Shown: positions 38,142-50,479 of the stretch, piece after piece
Numbering within the stretch: position 1 is the first letter of the stretch
How the letters are laid out: each line of letters opens with the position of its first letter
Origin: Octopus bimaculoides
Taxonomy: Eukaryota
Length of the DNA stretch: 64,000 bases
Assembly: GCF_001194135.2 (NCBI RefSeq)
Contig: NC_068987.1
Coordinates: 51,728,660-51,792,659, forward strand
Reading direction: 5' to 3'
Made by a program: the position numbers and the translations under genes
Notes under the pieces: model-generated
What the model saw: the letters and a program-made list of their open reading frames with translations, nothing else
The model's database searches: none
What the model was told of the DNA's origin: nothing

Positions 38142-40999
38142 GAGTGGTGAAATCGAATAAAGGAACATCAAAAGCAACAATAACAATTATCACAGGACGC
38201 GCAGATGGGATGTTTTAGTCTGACATTCGGTAGGGAGAGAGAGCGTTTGATGTCTCAAGCAAATCTCTTCGTCAGAAAGGAAAAGGGAAAAGACCAAACA
38301 AGGAAAAAGATCGCCAATTTGTTGTTTCATGTTTCAGTTTGTATTGTGTAGAAACTCTAACATGTGTATATCCGTTAGGCTTGTATATAACCATGTTTAC
38401 TTTTTGACATGTTTGCCGTTTAAAATTTCCCTCTAAAACTGTGTCTTGATATGTATATTGCTTTTATGATACATTTTTCTATTTTTGTGTTGAAACTTAT
38501 ATAGTGCAGATATATTACAGTAGTATATGGCTGTCTGAGGAGATGAGTGCATTAGCAATTAGGGCGTTTGATTCTCCAGTGTGGGCAGATCTAAATGTCG
38601 CAGGACCCGAAAAACCGGCCTTACGTGCCTATGTCTCAGAAAGGGATTTCAATCCATTGCTACTGAATTTTTGATGTAATTTTCTTTTGTGATGTCGATT
38701 ATAGTGTGCTGTCATTGTTATTTAAAGTAAATGCATAGTTAAATTATGAGAGAGTGTTCTGCAACTAGTAGTGAAGGTGCATGCCTCAGTGGCTAGAGCA
38801 TCGGGCTCACAGTCACGAGGTGGTGTTTTCGATTCTCAAATTTTGTATATATATATATATNNNNNNNNNNNNNNNNNNNNNNNNNNNNNNNNNNNNNNNN
38901 NNNNNNNNNNNNNNNNNNNNNNNNNNNNNNNNNNNNNNNNNNNNNNNNNNNNNNNNNNNNNNNNNNNNNNNNNNNNNNNNNNNNNNNNNNNNNNNNNNNN
39001 NNNNNNNNNNNNNNNNNNNNNNNNNNNNNNNNNNNNNNNNNNNNNNNNNNNNNNNNNNNNNNNNNNNNNNNNNNNNNNNNNNNNNNNNNNNNNNNNNNNN
39101 NNNNNNNNNNNNNNNNNNNNNNNNNNNNNNNNNNNNNNNNNNNNNNNNNNNNNNNNNNNNNNNNNNNNNNNNNNNNNNNNNNNNNNNNNNNNNNNNNNNN
39201 NNNNNNNNNNNNNNNNNNNNNNNNNNNNNNNNNNNNNNNNNNNNNNNNNNNNNNNNNNNNNNNNNNNNNNNNNNNNNNNNNNNNNNNNNNNNNNNNNNNN
39301 NNNNNNNNNNNNNNNNNNNNNNNNNNNNNNNNNNNNNNNNNNNNNNNNNNNNNNNNNNNNNNNNNNNNNNNNNNNNNNNNNNNNNNNNNNNNNNNNNNNN
39401 NNNNNNNNNNNNNNNNNNNNNNNNNNNNNNNNNNNNNNNNNNNNNNNNNNNNNNNNNNNNNNNNNNNNNNNNNNNNNNNNNNNNNNNNNNNNNNNNNNNN
39501 NNNNNNNNNNNNNNNNNNNNNNNNNNNNNNNNNNNNNNNNNNNNNNNNNNNNNNNNNNNNNNNNNNNNNNNNNNNNNNNNNNNNNNNNNNNNNNNNNNNN
39601 NNNNNNNNNNNNNNNNNNNNNNNNNNNNNNNNNNNNNNNNNNNNNNNNNNNNNNNNNTATATATATCCAAAATTAGGAAATGAAGTTGATAAAATACAGT
39701 CTATATACGTTTTGATAGCTAGCAGTACCTCGGACGTAGTAATTACCCAAACTTGGAGTAATGCGCTTGCTACTTTTCGGCCCAAAAATGCCTTAGTCAA
39801 ATGAAAGTTACATTGTCACCAATGGCTCCCATGTTGACTTGCAGGAGATTTGATCGAACATGCGTAATTACTGCTTCTGAGTTTCTGCCAGCTATGAAAC
39901 ATATGTAGCCTGGATTTTATCTACACCATTCCCTAAAATAACCTTTCTCAGCTTACCACACACCAGCTTTCAATCATTCATGGACCCTTTCTATTATTTC
40001 AGAGTTAAATTTTACTTTACTCTGTGTTATTTTTCTTAGACTCCCTCAATTGCCGATAATACTTAGTTGAAGTTGTCATCGCTAAATTCAGGATAAAATA
40101 TATTTTCTGTTTGTGTTTTAGCTACTGCCTCTGGCCCTGTGTTACATAAGTTTATGTTCCTACTTAGATATAAGTCACAGCCTTTAGTTGTAGAAAACAT
40201 GTGGGTTATTATATAGTATTTGGTATTGATGCATGAATTGCGTAATCTTCATTCTGGATTATCTAACATGACAATAGTCATATTTATATTAGGGTTTTTT
40301 ACTTGAATTTTTATAACCCGAATTTCATATAAAAGTTCTCTACTGAATAGATTTTTCTGTATATAAGTGAGCAGTATTTACATCTCTTTTATTATTTTCG
40401 GCTCTCTTAAGGTTAGCGTAGGCCACTTTTGTAAATATAAGTTCTCCATAACCTAACTACATAGTCTGTGCGATGTATCTAGCAGAGTTTTCATTTGATA
40501 ACAGTTTGGAGCACAAAATTTGGGTGTACCTGCATAGAAGAGATGGATGATTACCATCCTATTGCACTACTATCTGTATTATGTTTCTTTGGATATTCAT
40601 GAATATTCGGAGGGTTAGAATGAAGAGTAACAAAGGAAGTGATTCTTCTCTGTTCTTCTACTGTTGTTTAAAAAATTATTTGCCACTAATAGTGTAAATG
40701 ACACGAATGTTACTTATTGCGTTCTTTTACTAAGGGGCAATGTGAGTAGAACCTGTGATTTGTAAAATATTGTCGAAAGGTTTATGGTCACCGTCATGGT
40801 GTCTGTTTCATTTACAACCACACCAATCATCCTAATATATTTTTGATTATAACATTAATTACTGCTTTATGATACAAAGTATTATTATCATATGTCATAC
40901 AATAATAAAAGACGTAATTTCATATTCCTTTGTTAAAAGAGAATCTAGCGTATATCTTTTATGTGAATATTCAAGGCGTATGATGTGTATTGTATATTC

Positions 41000-41035
<36 letters not shown>

Positions 41036-43699
41036 CTTCTTTTCTTGAGGTTTGCATAAAAGACAATAGATCAATAAGTCCTAATAAAGAAACTTTTTTG
41101 TGGTTGCAGATAAAATAGACATCTAATATGGAAGAAAAATAAATCTAACTCTTTTATCGCAGTATAGGCAAATTGGATATAGAAATTCTTGTGGTATGGA
41201 ACCCAAAATATCTTCATGTTAAATATCGAAGATTAGGAAATAATAATTTTGTTTAATTTTGGATTATTTTCAAATAACATAATAATTTATATGAAATATA
41301 TTATCTGTGAAATGCGAAAGCATATTGTTTAATGATATGAGGCAAATCAATGAAAACATATTTCAGGTGAATTTTCTGTCTAGAAGAATAGATTTATTGA
41401 AATATAATTTAAAAACAAAATATTAATTGAAACATGTATGTTTAATGCAGACATATTTTCCAACCCAATAAGCAAATGTGGAAATTCTTATTAAAATTGA
41501 GTGATTAAAACGCCTATAAAAATCTGTATAAATTAAAGAAATCAAGAACCATGAATGCATTTAGGCAGTAGTGTATAAAATGGAAGAAATAAAATGAAAG
41601 TTTCCATTATATAAGATTGTTTGCCATATGAAGCTGGAGATAATTAATGTGCTTCGTGCAAAAATAAATCTGAAGCTATCAATATAACAGCTTTAAATCT
41701 AATAACATCATTTTTATGAATTTGAGATTATGTAAGAAAAATCTTCAAAAGAAAATCTGAGCCCTATGCAACACAAAGTAAAAAGGAGGATGTTAATGAA
41801 TTGTATATAAAAAGTTTGAATCATAGAAATTTACATGAACGGGATTCACAGCACATTCTACTGAAACGTATTAAGAGACACAAAAAAAGGCAGCTACAGA
41901 TTCGCATACACAAAAAAGAAACAAAAGAAAAAACAAACAAAAGAAAAAGTTACAACTCAAAAGAGGTTGGAATGCCATGGAGAAAACTGTGTTTCTGAAC
42001 CAAAGACAAATTAATAGTAGAAATATATACAACGCAGTAATTATAAAAATTAAAGAAAATGGAAGCGATATATCAAGAAGAAACTATATGAATGAAGGAG
42101 TGGATGAGAAAATAACCATCAGCAGGAAAATCACTTGTGAAAAGAAACAATTTAATAAGCGTGAAACAGGCCACAAACGTCCGACAGAGTTACGAATATA
42201 TAAAGTGAACTTATTAATAACTGAAAAAAGAGAGCCTCGTTTCGCTATTCAAATGCTTTATAAGGCGAAATAAAAACGGGTGTGTTTGCGCTAACTGTGC
42301 TTTGTAGTGGCGCCTATGAGACGGGTGGTTGAGAAAGAAGTAAACTCATATATTGTTCACCGCCATAGAATATTAAGTATTAATCAGACAGAAGAATGTT
42401 GCCAACAGATTGAACATCGAAGATGGCGCCTATACACTTCTATCGCTGTAATCCGTTCAATATAATATCAGGTAATATTCAGAGGAAGGAATGTAAGGAA
42501 AAAATTAGACAATGATAATGGCAATAGACGGTGAAGTTAAACGGGTTGATAAATTAAATAAAATTTCCAGTAACAGGTGAAATGAAACGTATCTCAGAGG
42601 ATTGCGTAAAGTTTGTATACATTAGATTTTATTAATAATGTTTCAAACGCGAAAATATTTGTATAGTAGACAGAACGAATTGCATAACTACATGAGCTTT
42701 TCAATCTGAAATTAATTAGAAAGAAACATATTACGACAGTATACACAACAAGCAAATTATAGTTGGCAACGTATTGCACTTAATGTGCCTATGGACATGC
42801 ATTATAAAACTGATTTTTTTTTTTTATGATACAGAAAATTTCGAGAATATCAAAAATATACATGCTCTTTGGTCCCTGACAATCTTTTTCGAAGGAATAA
42901 AAAATATATGTACGGAAGAACGGAAATAAAACCACATATCGAAATGAATATGTAAGCAACTCATACGTCAACGTCACATACACACTTGCACGGGCACGCA
43001 CGCACATACAGACACACACAGACGCACACACATACACAAAAGCACACGCGTGCATACACACATGCACACACACATATTTATTTAGAATAGTGGCTTATTT
43101 TTTTACAAAGAAAAGTGTGTCAGCCACATTTATATTTTGATTTAGGCACCTTTGTCAGTATGTAAATTACCTTTGGTTTATCTTGTTGCATGACGTTTGT
43201 GACTGCAAAGAAACTGTGCTGTAATAGAGTATGTACGTGACGTTTAACAACACATTTGAAAATAGTTTGGTTGGTTAATCAGAAATATAAAGTTTTTAGG
43301 GTGAATGGTGTTGAATAAAGAGGAGAAGAAAAGAGATAGCAGGCAAAGATATATAGGGTGGAACGTAGGAGGAGGCTCCTACATTCTTTAAATGTACTGT
43401 AATTAGTTGATGGATGTATGCCATTGTTTTGGATCATCAACAAAATGTAGATAGATGTTTTAGAGTTAAGATTTGTATAGTCGCTCAAATCAATGACAGG
43501 CTAAATTATTTGATGTATGTTGAATATAATAAACTGAGTAAACGTTATATTTTTTAATAGATTTGTTAGTAGTGATGGTTAACATCTTTCGAGATGTCAT
43601 CAGTAATGGATGAATCCATGAGAACCCAATTGTTACATCAACTGCACGAATTAGTTCTTGCGAGAGTATTCTAACAAGAATATGTATCATTCATACAAG

Positions 43700-43890
43700 T
43701 CTCAATTCTACCCAGTGAGGCAAAAGTGGAGCAGTGTCTCACCGGGTCCGTCTCAGCTTCTACAAAATGTTCATGTGCACATTATTCCCTCATAGGGCAG
43801 ATGGTGACCCGAAGCTATTGTGATATGCAGAGGGTTCGAACGCAAGATCTTAGCGTTGTGAAACAAAGATCTCATCACCTCCACTCATAC
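43700..43890 (-). mobile_element. Probable decayed tRNA-derived SINE
   Basis: Reverse complement contains a B-box GCGTTCGAACCC after a tRNA-like head. Confidence 0.45.
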
Positions 43891-44057
43891 TTATATTCTA
43901 GCATTATTCTTGAAAGTATATATTTCGTGGGTGTACGCACGTTGAGTTGGACTGTGACATTATATAGATTAACCAGCAATTGAAGTTATCCAGAGCGATT
44001 ATTATAACGATTTTCAGCCAATGTATTAACAATTTCTATGTTTATGATGGGCAAGTA

Positions 44058-45400
44058 CAGGGTGACACAGAGAGGACAGTCGTTTTTGAAATGGCTATTA
44101 CTAAGTCCCAGGGAGAGAGGGACATATGTCTGATAGGTACCATTCGGTCCGTGGTGTCTTAGCATTTTCTTTTTCTTTCAGGTGAAGCCTTAACGCCGCG
44201 GATAGTAGTGCATCACGCGTTTGAGGCTGCGGATAGTAGTGAATCACGTGAAGAAGAACAAGTCTCTTACAACAGTTCAGCGTGAGTTTCGGCGCCACTT
44301 CAACATTCACTCAAATCAGGTTGTTTCCACCTGTAACACAATCTTATTTTGAGTGAATGCAATTCCTACACGAAGTACACTAATGAATAGAAGACCGGTG
44401 GGGGCGCCACGAGTAGTATGGACACCTGAAAATGTGGAACACATCACACAAGCTTTGATAGAAACTCAGAATCACTCTGATCGGAGGCATTCCACTGATC
44501 TTGGCATCAGTAATCGATCGCTAAGGCTTACTTTACATGCAGACCTGCATTTCCACCCAAACATTGTTAATTGGGCAACAGTTGAAACCATGGGACAATG
44601 CACAGCGGCTTAACTTCGAACGTCAGATGGAAGCAATTTTTGAGGCAGATGACAACCTCAATTTGTTAATGAGTGATGATGAACCTAATTTTCATCTCAC
44701 TGACATGGTGAGTCAATAGAAATGTAGTTATTGGGCTCTTAAAAATTTGAAAGAACTGCATGAAAAACCATTTCACAGCCCCAAAGGGATGATCTGCTGT
44801 ACTGTTGGAAAAGCTGTAGTCATAGCTCCTTACTTTTTTGAAGACAATAATGGAAACGCTGTTACTCTGAACGACAAGCGTTACAGCGAAACGATAAACA
44901 AATTCTGTGTGCCTGAATTACGACGAATACGTATACCTATTTGACCTGTGTGTTTTCAGCAGGATGGGGCGATAGCCAGAGCATCAATGGACGTTCTTTG
45001 CTCTCTTTTCAGCGACCGCCTCATTTCCAGATTTCCTGACCTTCCTTGGCCACAGGGGCCCCTGATTTGTCCATGCATGATTATTTGTTTGTGTGGAAAT
45101 CACAAGGCACGTATGTATGTACATAATCCCCGTACATAGGACGATTTGAAGGACGCTATTCGCATGGAAGTCGTTCAAATCAACAGAGCAATCCTCGGGA
45201 GAGTGGAGGCCAACTTCCAAGAACGCCTTCAGAGATGCATCAATGGAAACGGACAACATATGATGGATGTTTTTTCCACTCTTGATTTTGATAAATGCTA
45301 ATTCAATACAAAAGCATTGTTATTAATAAAATTTATTTGCAGCAAAAATTAATGAATTTATGAAATTTTCAAAAACGTCCGTCCTCTCTGCTATACCCTG
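44058..45400 (+). mobile_element. Full-length (1343 bp) rosa/DD41D-like element, inactive
   Basis: TIRs CAGGGTGACACAGAGAGGACAGTCGTTTTTGAAA / TTTCAAAAACGTCCGTCCTCTCTGCTATACCCTG with TA on both sides. Transposase WTPENVE..., LMSDDEPNFHL, PYFFED..G..VT, FQQDGA...LISRFPDLPWP..PDLS..DY; D-to-D spacing fits about 41 once a small deletion after QDGA is allowed. Confidence 0.9.
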
Positions 45401-45865
45401 TACATTAAATATCTTACTGTAAAAATAACTATATTTTATCATTTCTAACTAGTCATCAGCTTTAATATAGTTAAAGTTACTTCAGGTTCAGTCTTTGGCT
45501 ATTCAATGTCTAAAGCAACGTATTGTTAACAACAATATTGATACACGGTTTATATCAAGTGAGACAAATTCATATAAATATTCATATGATAAAACCATTC
45601 CAGTTGGACGGATAGATCTGGTAAATTTCGAATATTTTTATATATATGAATGCAAATCGTCGTACAGAGTTAGGCTTTATAACATAATGAGTAAGCAACA
45701 AATTCCCTGAGGTTGTACCATGTTTTTTAATCATTGCTTGTAATTGAAATGTTACCAGTTGAACAGATTCTGTAGTAATAACTTCGCTATATTGCAGGCC
45801 ACGACATCATAATTGTATTTTAATAGCAAAAGTTAGTTTGTTGCTCAAGAATTTTCATATTCTCT

Positions 45866-45866
<1 letters not shown>

Positions 45867-45924
<58 letters not shown>

Positions 45925-45957
45925 AAACAACAACAACAACAATAGTAATAATAATAA
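45867..45957. repeat. Compound (CTA)n(ACA)n(AAT)n microsatellite
   Basis: Directly visible; its AAT end joins R4/Dong copy A. Confidence 0.93.
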
Positions 45958-47629
45958 TACAGCAAACCCACAAAGTTACAGACCGATACTTGTCTCTCAA
46001 CAGTTTACAAAGCTTTTATTGCAATAATATCGAAGATAATGAGCAAACATCTGAAAGAATACAATCTGTTTCTAGAAGAGCAGAAGGGATGTGACAAGGG
46101 ATCATACGGCTGTAAAGATCAGCTAGTGATCAATAAAGCCATAACGGAAGACTGTCGGAGAAAGAAGAAGGGTCTAAGTATTGCCCGGATCAATTACCGA
46201 AAGGCTTTTGATAGTATTCCCCACACATGGATCATAGAAACACTAACCATGAACAAGGTAGCACTAATAATCATAAAATATACAAAATATGTCATGAATA
46301 AATGGCAGACAATGCTATCGCTGCAGTCAAAAGAGGGAATCATAAAAGCCAAATCCATCCCTATTAGAAGAGGAATATTCCAGGGAGAATATTCTGCTCG
46401 GCACTGACACTTTTATCTGACATGCTAAACAGAACATGATGTGGATACTACTGTTACGGCAAAACAATCAGCCACTTCTTATAAATGGATGATCTAATAC
46501 TGTAGGCTACACATTATAAACAAAAGGAAATATTACTACAGAGAGCACTTAGATTTACCAAAGAAATAAACATGAAATCTGGCTTAGAAAAATGTGCAAA
46601 AAGCAACATTGAAAAGGGGAAAACTAGTTAAGAGATGTAACATTACAGTCGATAAAGCAAATGAAATATGAGAATTAGACCAAATCCAGACATGCAAATA
46701 CTTCAGAATCAATGAACGAGATACGATGCAACACACACAAATGAAAGAGAAAATTAGAAAAGAATTCTGTAGACGAGTTAGATTAATTCTGAAATAAGAG
46801 CTCAATGCGCAAAACAAGATAATAGGTATCAATACTCTAGCCGTTGCAGTTATAAGTCACAGCTACAATATCCTTAAGTGGACTCTAAATGAACCAATCA
46901 AAATAGACATGAAAGAAAGAAAAATAATGACAGGATTTAGGATGTACCAGCCAAAATCTAACATAGAAAGGCTATATATAAAACGTATGGAAGGTGGTAA
47001 AGATCTTATGCAGCTAGAAAACTAATAATACAAATAGCTACAAAACAGAAAAAGTTGTTTCAGTCTTTAAGGAAGCAAACAAATACAAAAAAAGCCATAG
47101 TACCTAACAAATATGAAGAAAAAGAAGAAACAATGAAAGCTGTAAAAACAACTAAAATCCTAATTAAAACTGGAACAACAACGGATGATGAGAAGACAAT
47201 GGCATAAAAAAGCATCTTCCTTGGAAATACTTTGTTAAACTAAAAGAAGCAGACAAAGCAAAATCCCAACAATGGCTGAGAAGGTCAGGACTCAAAGCAG
47301 AGACTGAAAGATTTTTATTTAAGCACAAGACGGAAGCCTTCCCACCAAAAATTATCAAAAGCATATAATGAAAGGAAATGCAATAGTAAATAGTATTTTC
47401 TCTGGCTGCTCAATCTTCGCTATGAAGGAATATATTCACAGACACGACAGAGTTGGCGTCCTATATACACTGGAATCTATGCCAACACTATGGAATAACA
47501 ACAAAAAATGATGGTGTAGGCACACGCCAGGCAAAGTCACAGCAAATGAGAAAGCAACCATACTATGGGATAGAATAATTAATGCCAAAAGTCGGATATA
47601 GTTACTTTCTAATCGATGTATCCATGCCA
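45958..47629 (+). mobile_element. R4/Dong-like LINE copy A (older; RT through RLE)
   Basis: NPQSYRPI, GCKDQLVINKAI, INYRKAFDSIPHTWI, IRRGIFQG, MDDL, then PNKYEEKEETMKAVK, RHDRVG, FLIDVSMP; many indels; 3' end missing. Confidence 0.9.
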
Positions 47630-47702
47630 TCAAAGTGACACTGGGGTAAAATATACGAAGCCATTATATGCATCATGACTACCCGTCTGATAATGGTACA
47701 CC
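47630..47702 (-). repeat. Fragment of the LINE 3'-UTR-like repeat seen at 3675-3870
   Basis: In-window reverse-complement alignment. Confidence 0.7.
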
Positions 47703-47721
47703 TATTATTATTATTATTATT

Positions 47722-49072
47722 GTTGTTCAGTAGTTTTATTTTTATAACGTGCTTTCACTTCACTACCGAGAGCAGTTCTGTGCCTTGGGTACATGCTGTG
47801 GTTTGCTGTGATGCTCTTATGGTTACTGTATTGAAAGTGTTTTGCGTAGGATGTGTGCAGTGCCCAGTTGTGCAATTTTCTGTATGTTATATATATTTGT
47901 AAGTCCTAGTGCTTTTGTTATGTATTTGTCTGAATATTTTTTTTTATTATACCTAAGGCACCTACTATGATAGGAATTGTTTCTGTTTTTAGATTCCACA
48001 TTCGAGTTANNNNNNNNNNNNNNNNNNNNNNNNNNNNNNNNNNNNNNNNNNNNNNNNNNNNNNNNNNNNNNNNNNNNNNNNNNNNNNNNNNNNNNNNNNN
48101 NNNNNNNNNNNNNNNNNNNNNNNNNNNNNNNNNNNNNNNNNNNNNNNNNNNNNNNNNNNNNNNNNNNNNNNNNNNNNNNNNNNNNNNNNNNNNNNNNNNN
48201 NNNNNNNNNNNNNNNNNNNNNNNNNNNNNNNNNNNNNNNNNNNNNNNNNNNNNNNNNNNNNNNNNNNNNNNNNNNNNNNNNNNNNNNNNNNNNNNNNNNN
48301 NNNNNNNNNNNNNNNNNNNNNNNNNNNNNNNNNNNNNNNNACTTGTGCAGTAATTAAAAATCCTTCAGTCTCTGCTTTGAGTCCTGAGCTTCTCAAACAT
48401 TGCTGGGATTTTTCTCTGTCTATTTCTTTTGCATTTAGTTTAGCCCAGTATTAACCATGTAGGGGCTTTTCTTGCCATCGTTTTATCATAATCCGTTGCT
48501 GTTCTAGTTTTAGTTTGGATTTCATCTGTTTTATAGCTCTTCTTCTTCTTCTTCTTCTTCTTCTTCTTCTTCTTCTTCTTCTTCTTCTTCTTCTTCTTCT
48601 TCTTCTTCTTCTTCTTCTTCTTCTTNNNNNNNNNNNNNNNNNNNNNNNNNNNNNNNNNNNNNNNNNNNNNNNNNNNNNNNNNNNNNNNNNNNNNNNNCTT
48701 CTTCTTCTTCTTCTTCTTCTTCTTCTTCTTCGTATTTGTTAAGTGGTATGATATCTTTTCTGTATTTGTCAGCTTCCTTAAATACTGAAAACAGTTTTTT
48801 GTTTTGCTCGTGTTTTTTGGCTATTTGTATTAGTTTTCCTTGCTTCTGGAGTAGGTATTTTTGCAGTCCCATGGTGGTTATTTTATAATAGTTTTCCAAC
48901 TGTATAAGACCCCTGGCACCTTCTGTGCGTTGTATATATAGCCTTTCTATGTCATATTTTGGGTGGTGCATCCTATATCCTGTCATTATTTTTCTTGTTT
49001 TCTTGTCTATTTTAGATAGTTCGTTTAGTATCAAGTTAAGGATATTTTTACCTTCACTGCGTTACAAAGAAG
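47722..49072 (-). mobile_element. R4/Dong-like LINE copy B
   Basis: LNELSKIDKKTRKIMTGYRMHHPK..IERLYI.RTEG.RGL, poly-E tract, SGLKAETEGFLITAQ, same 3' UTR as copy 1 followed by (AAT)n on its own strand. Confidence 0.92.
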
Positions 49073-49073
49073 T

Positions 49074-49098
49074 AATAATAATAATAATAATAATAATA

Positions 49099-49163
<65 letters not shown>
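49074..49163. repeat. (AAT)n microsatellite between copies B and C
   Basis: About 30 units. Confidence 0.95.
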
Positions 49164-49164
<1 letters not shown>

Positions 49165-49186
49165 GCAGCAACAACAACAAGTGCAA

Positions 49187-49334
49187 CAACATAAAATAGT
49201 ATTACCAGGCACTGCATACATCGTAGTAAAGTTCTTTCAATTCAGTGAACTACAACAAACAGTGAACTACAGCACATACCAAAGGTACACAAAGCTGCGT
49301 TCGGTACTGCACGTGATAAATATAAGGGTACTGA
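49187..49334 (+). mobile_element. R4/Dong-like LINE copy C (diverged 3' tail only)
   Basis: KIVLPGTAYIV plus a decayed 3' UTR (CAGCACATACCAAAGGTACACAAAGCTGCGTTCGGTA) ending in ACTGA(ATA)n. Confidence 0.75.
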
Positions 49335-49356
49335 ATAATAATAATAATAACAACAA

Positions 49357-50479
49357 CAAATAGCCACAAAACACGAGCAAAAGAAAAGACTGCAGCTGAC
49401 AAATACAAACAAGAAATCATGCTACCTAACAAATATGAAGAAGAAGAAGAAGGAGAAGAAGAAGAAGAAGAAGAAGAAGAAGAAGAAGAAGAAGAAGAAG
49501 AAGAAGAAGAAGAAGAAGAAGAAGAAGAAGAAGAAGAAGAAGAAGAAGAAGAAGAAGCTATAAAACAAATGAAATCCAAACTAAAACTAGAACAGCAACG
49601 GACCATGATAAAACGATGGCAAGAAAAACCCCTACATGGTAAATACTGGGCTAAACTAAATGCAAAAGAATTAAACAGTGAAAAACCCCAGCAATGGTTG
49701 ATAAGCTCAGGACTCAAAGAAGAGACTGAAGGATTTGTAATTTCAGCACAAGACTAAAGCCTCCCCATCAGAAATTACCAAAAACATATAATGAAAAGAA
49801 ACATAACAACTGCAGGACATGTGACGATGGACAAGAAACAATAAATCATATTATCTCTGGCTGCCCATTCAGGGCTAAGGAAGAATATATTCACAAATAC
49901 GACAGAGCTGGGACCTACATACACTGGAAGCTATGCCAACACTATAGAATAACAACAGAAAAGAGATGGTATAGGCACACGCGAGGAAAGATCACAGAAA
50001 ACGAGAAAGCAACCATATTCTAGGATATGCCAATACACCAAGATAGAGAAATTAAGGCCAATAGGCCAGATATAGATGTCAGGTATCATGAAGAAAAAAA
50101 TTGTTTTCTAATTGTTGTATCAATATCAACAGATGATAAGGTTTCTCTAAAAGAAATGGAGAAACTTTCAAAATACAAAGACATGGAAATAGAGGTAACT
50201 CGAATGTGGAATCTAAAAACAGAAACAATTCCTATCATAGTGGGTGCATTAAGCATGATAAAAAAAATATTCAGACAAATACATAACAAAAACACCAGGA
50301 CTTACAAGTATTTATAACATACAGAAAATTGCACTATTGGGCACTGCATACATCCTACACAAAACACTTTCAATACAGTAACCATAAGAGCATCACAGCA
50401 AATCACAGCACATACCCAAGGCACACAGAGCTGCGCTCGGTAGTGAAGTGAAAGCACGCTATAAACATAAAACTACTGA
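49357..50479 (+). mobile_element. R4/Dong-like LINE copy D (5'-truncated)
   Basis: PNKY + 40-codon poly-E + AIKQMKSK, WQEKPLHGKYW, QETINHIISGCP, ANRPDI..KEMEKLSKYKD..PIIVGAL, complete 3' UTR and AAT tail. Confidence 0.92.

Noticed and set aside
43570-43610. CTGATGA-CATCTC-GAAA on the minus strand
   Set aside because: GAAA lies in the loop of a hairpin (ACATCT/AGATGT); helix II geometry is incompatible with a hammerhead.
45428-45470. CTGATGA-CTAGTTA-GAAA-TG-ATA hammerhead-like motif on the minus strand
   Set aside because: Helix II is not foldable and core-proximal helix I pairs are missing.
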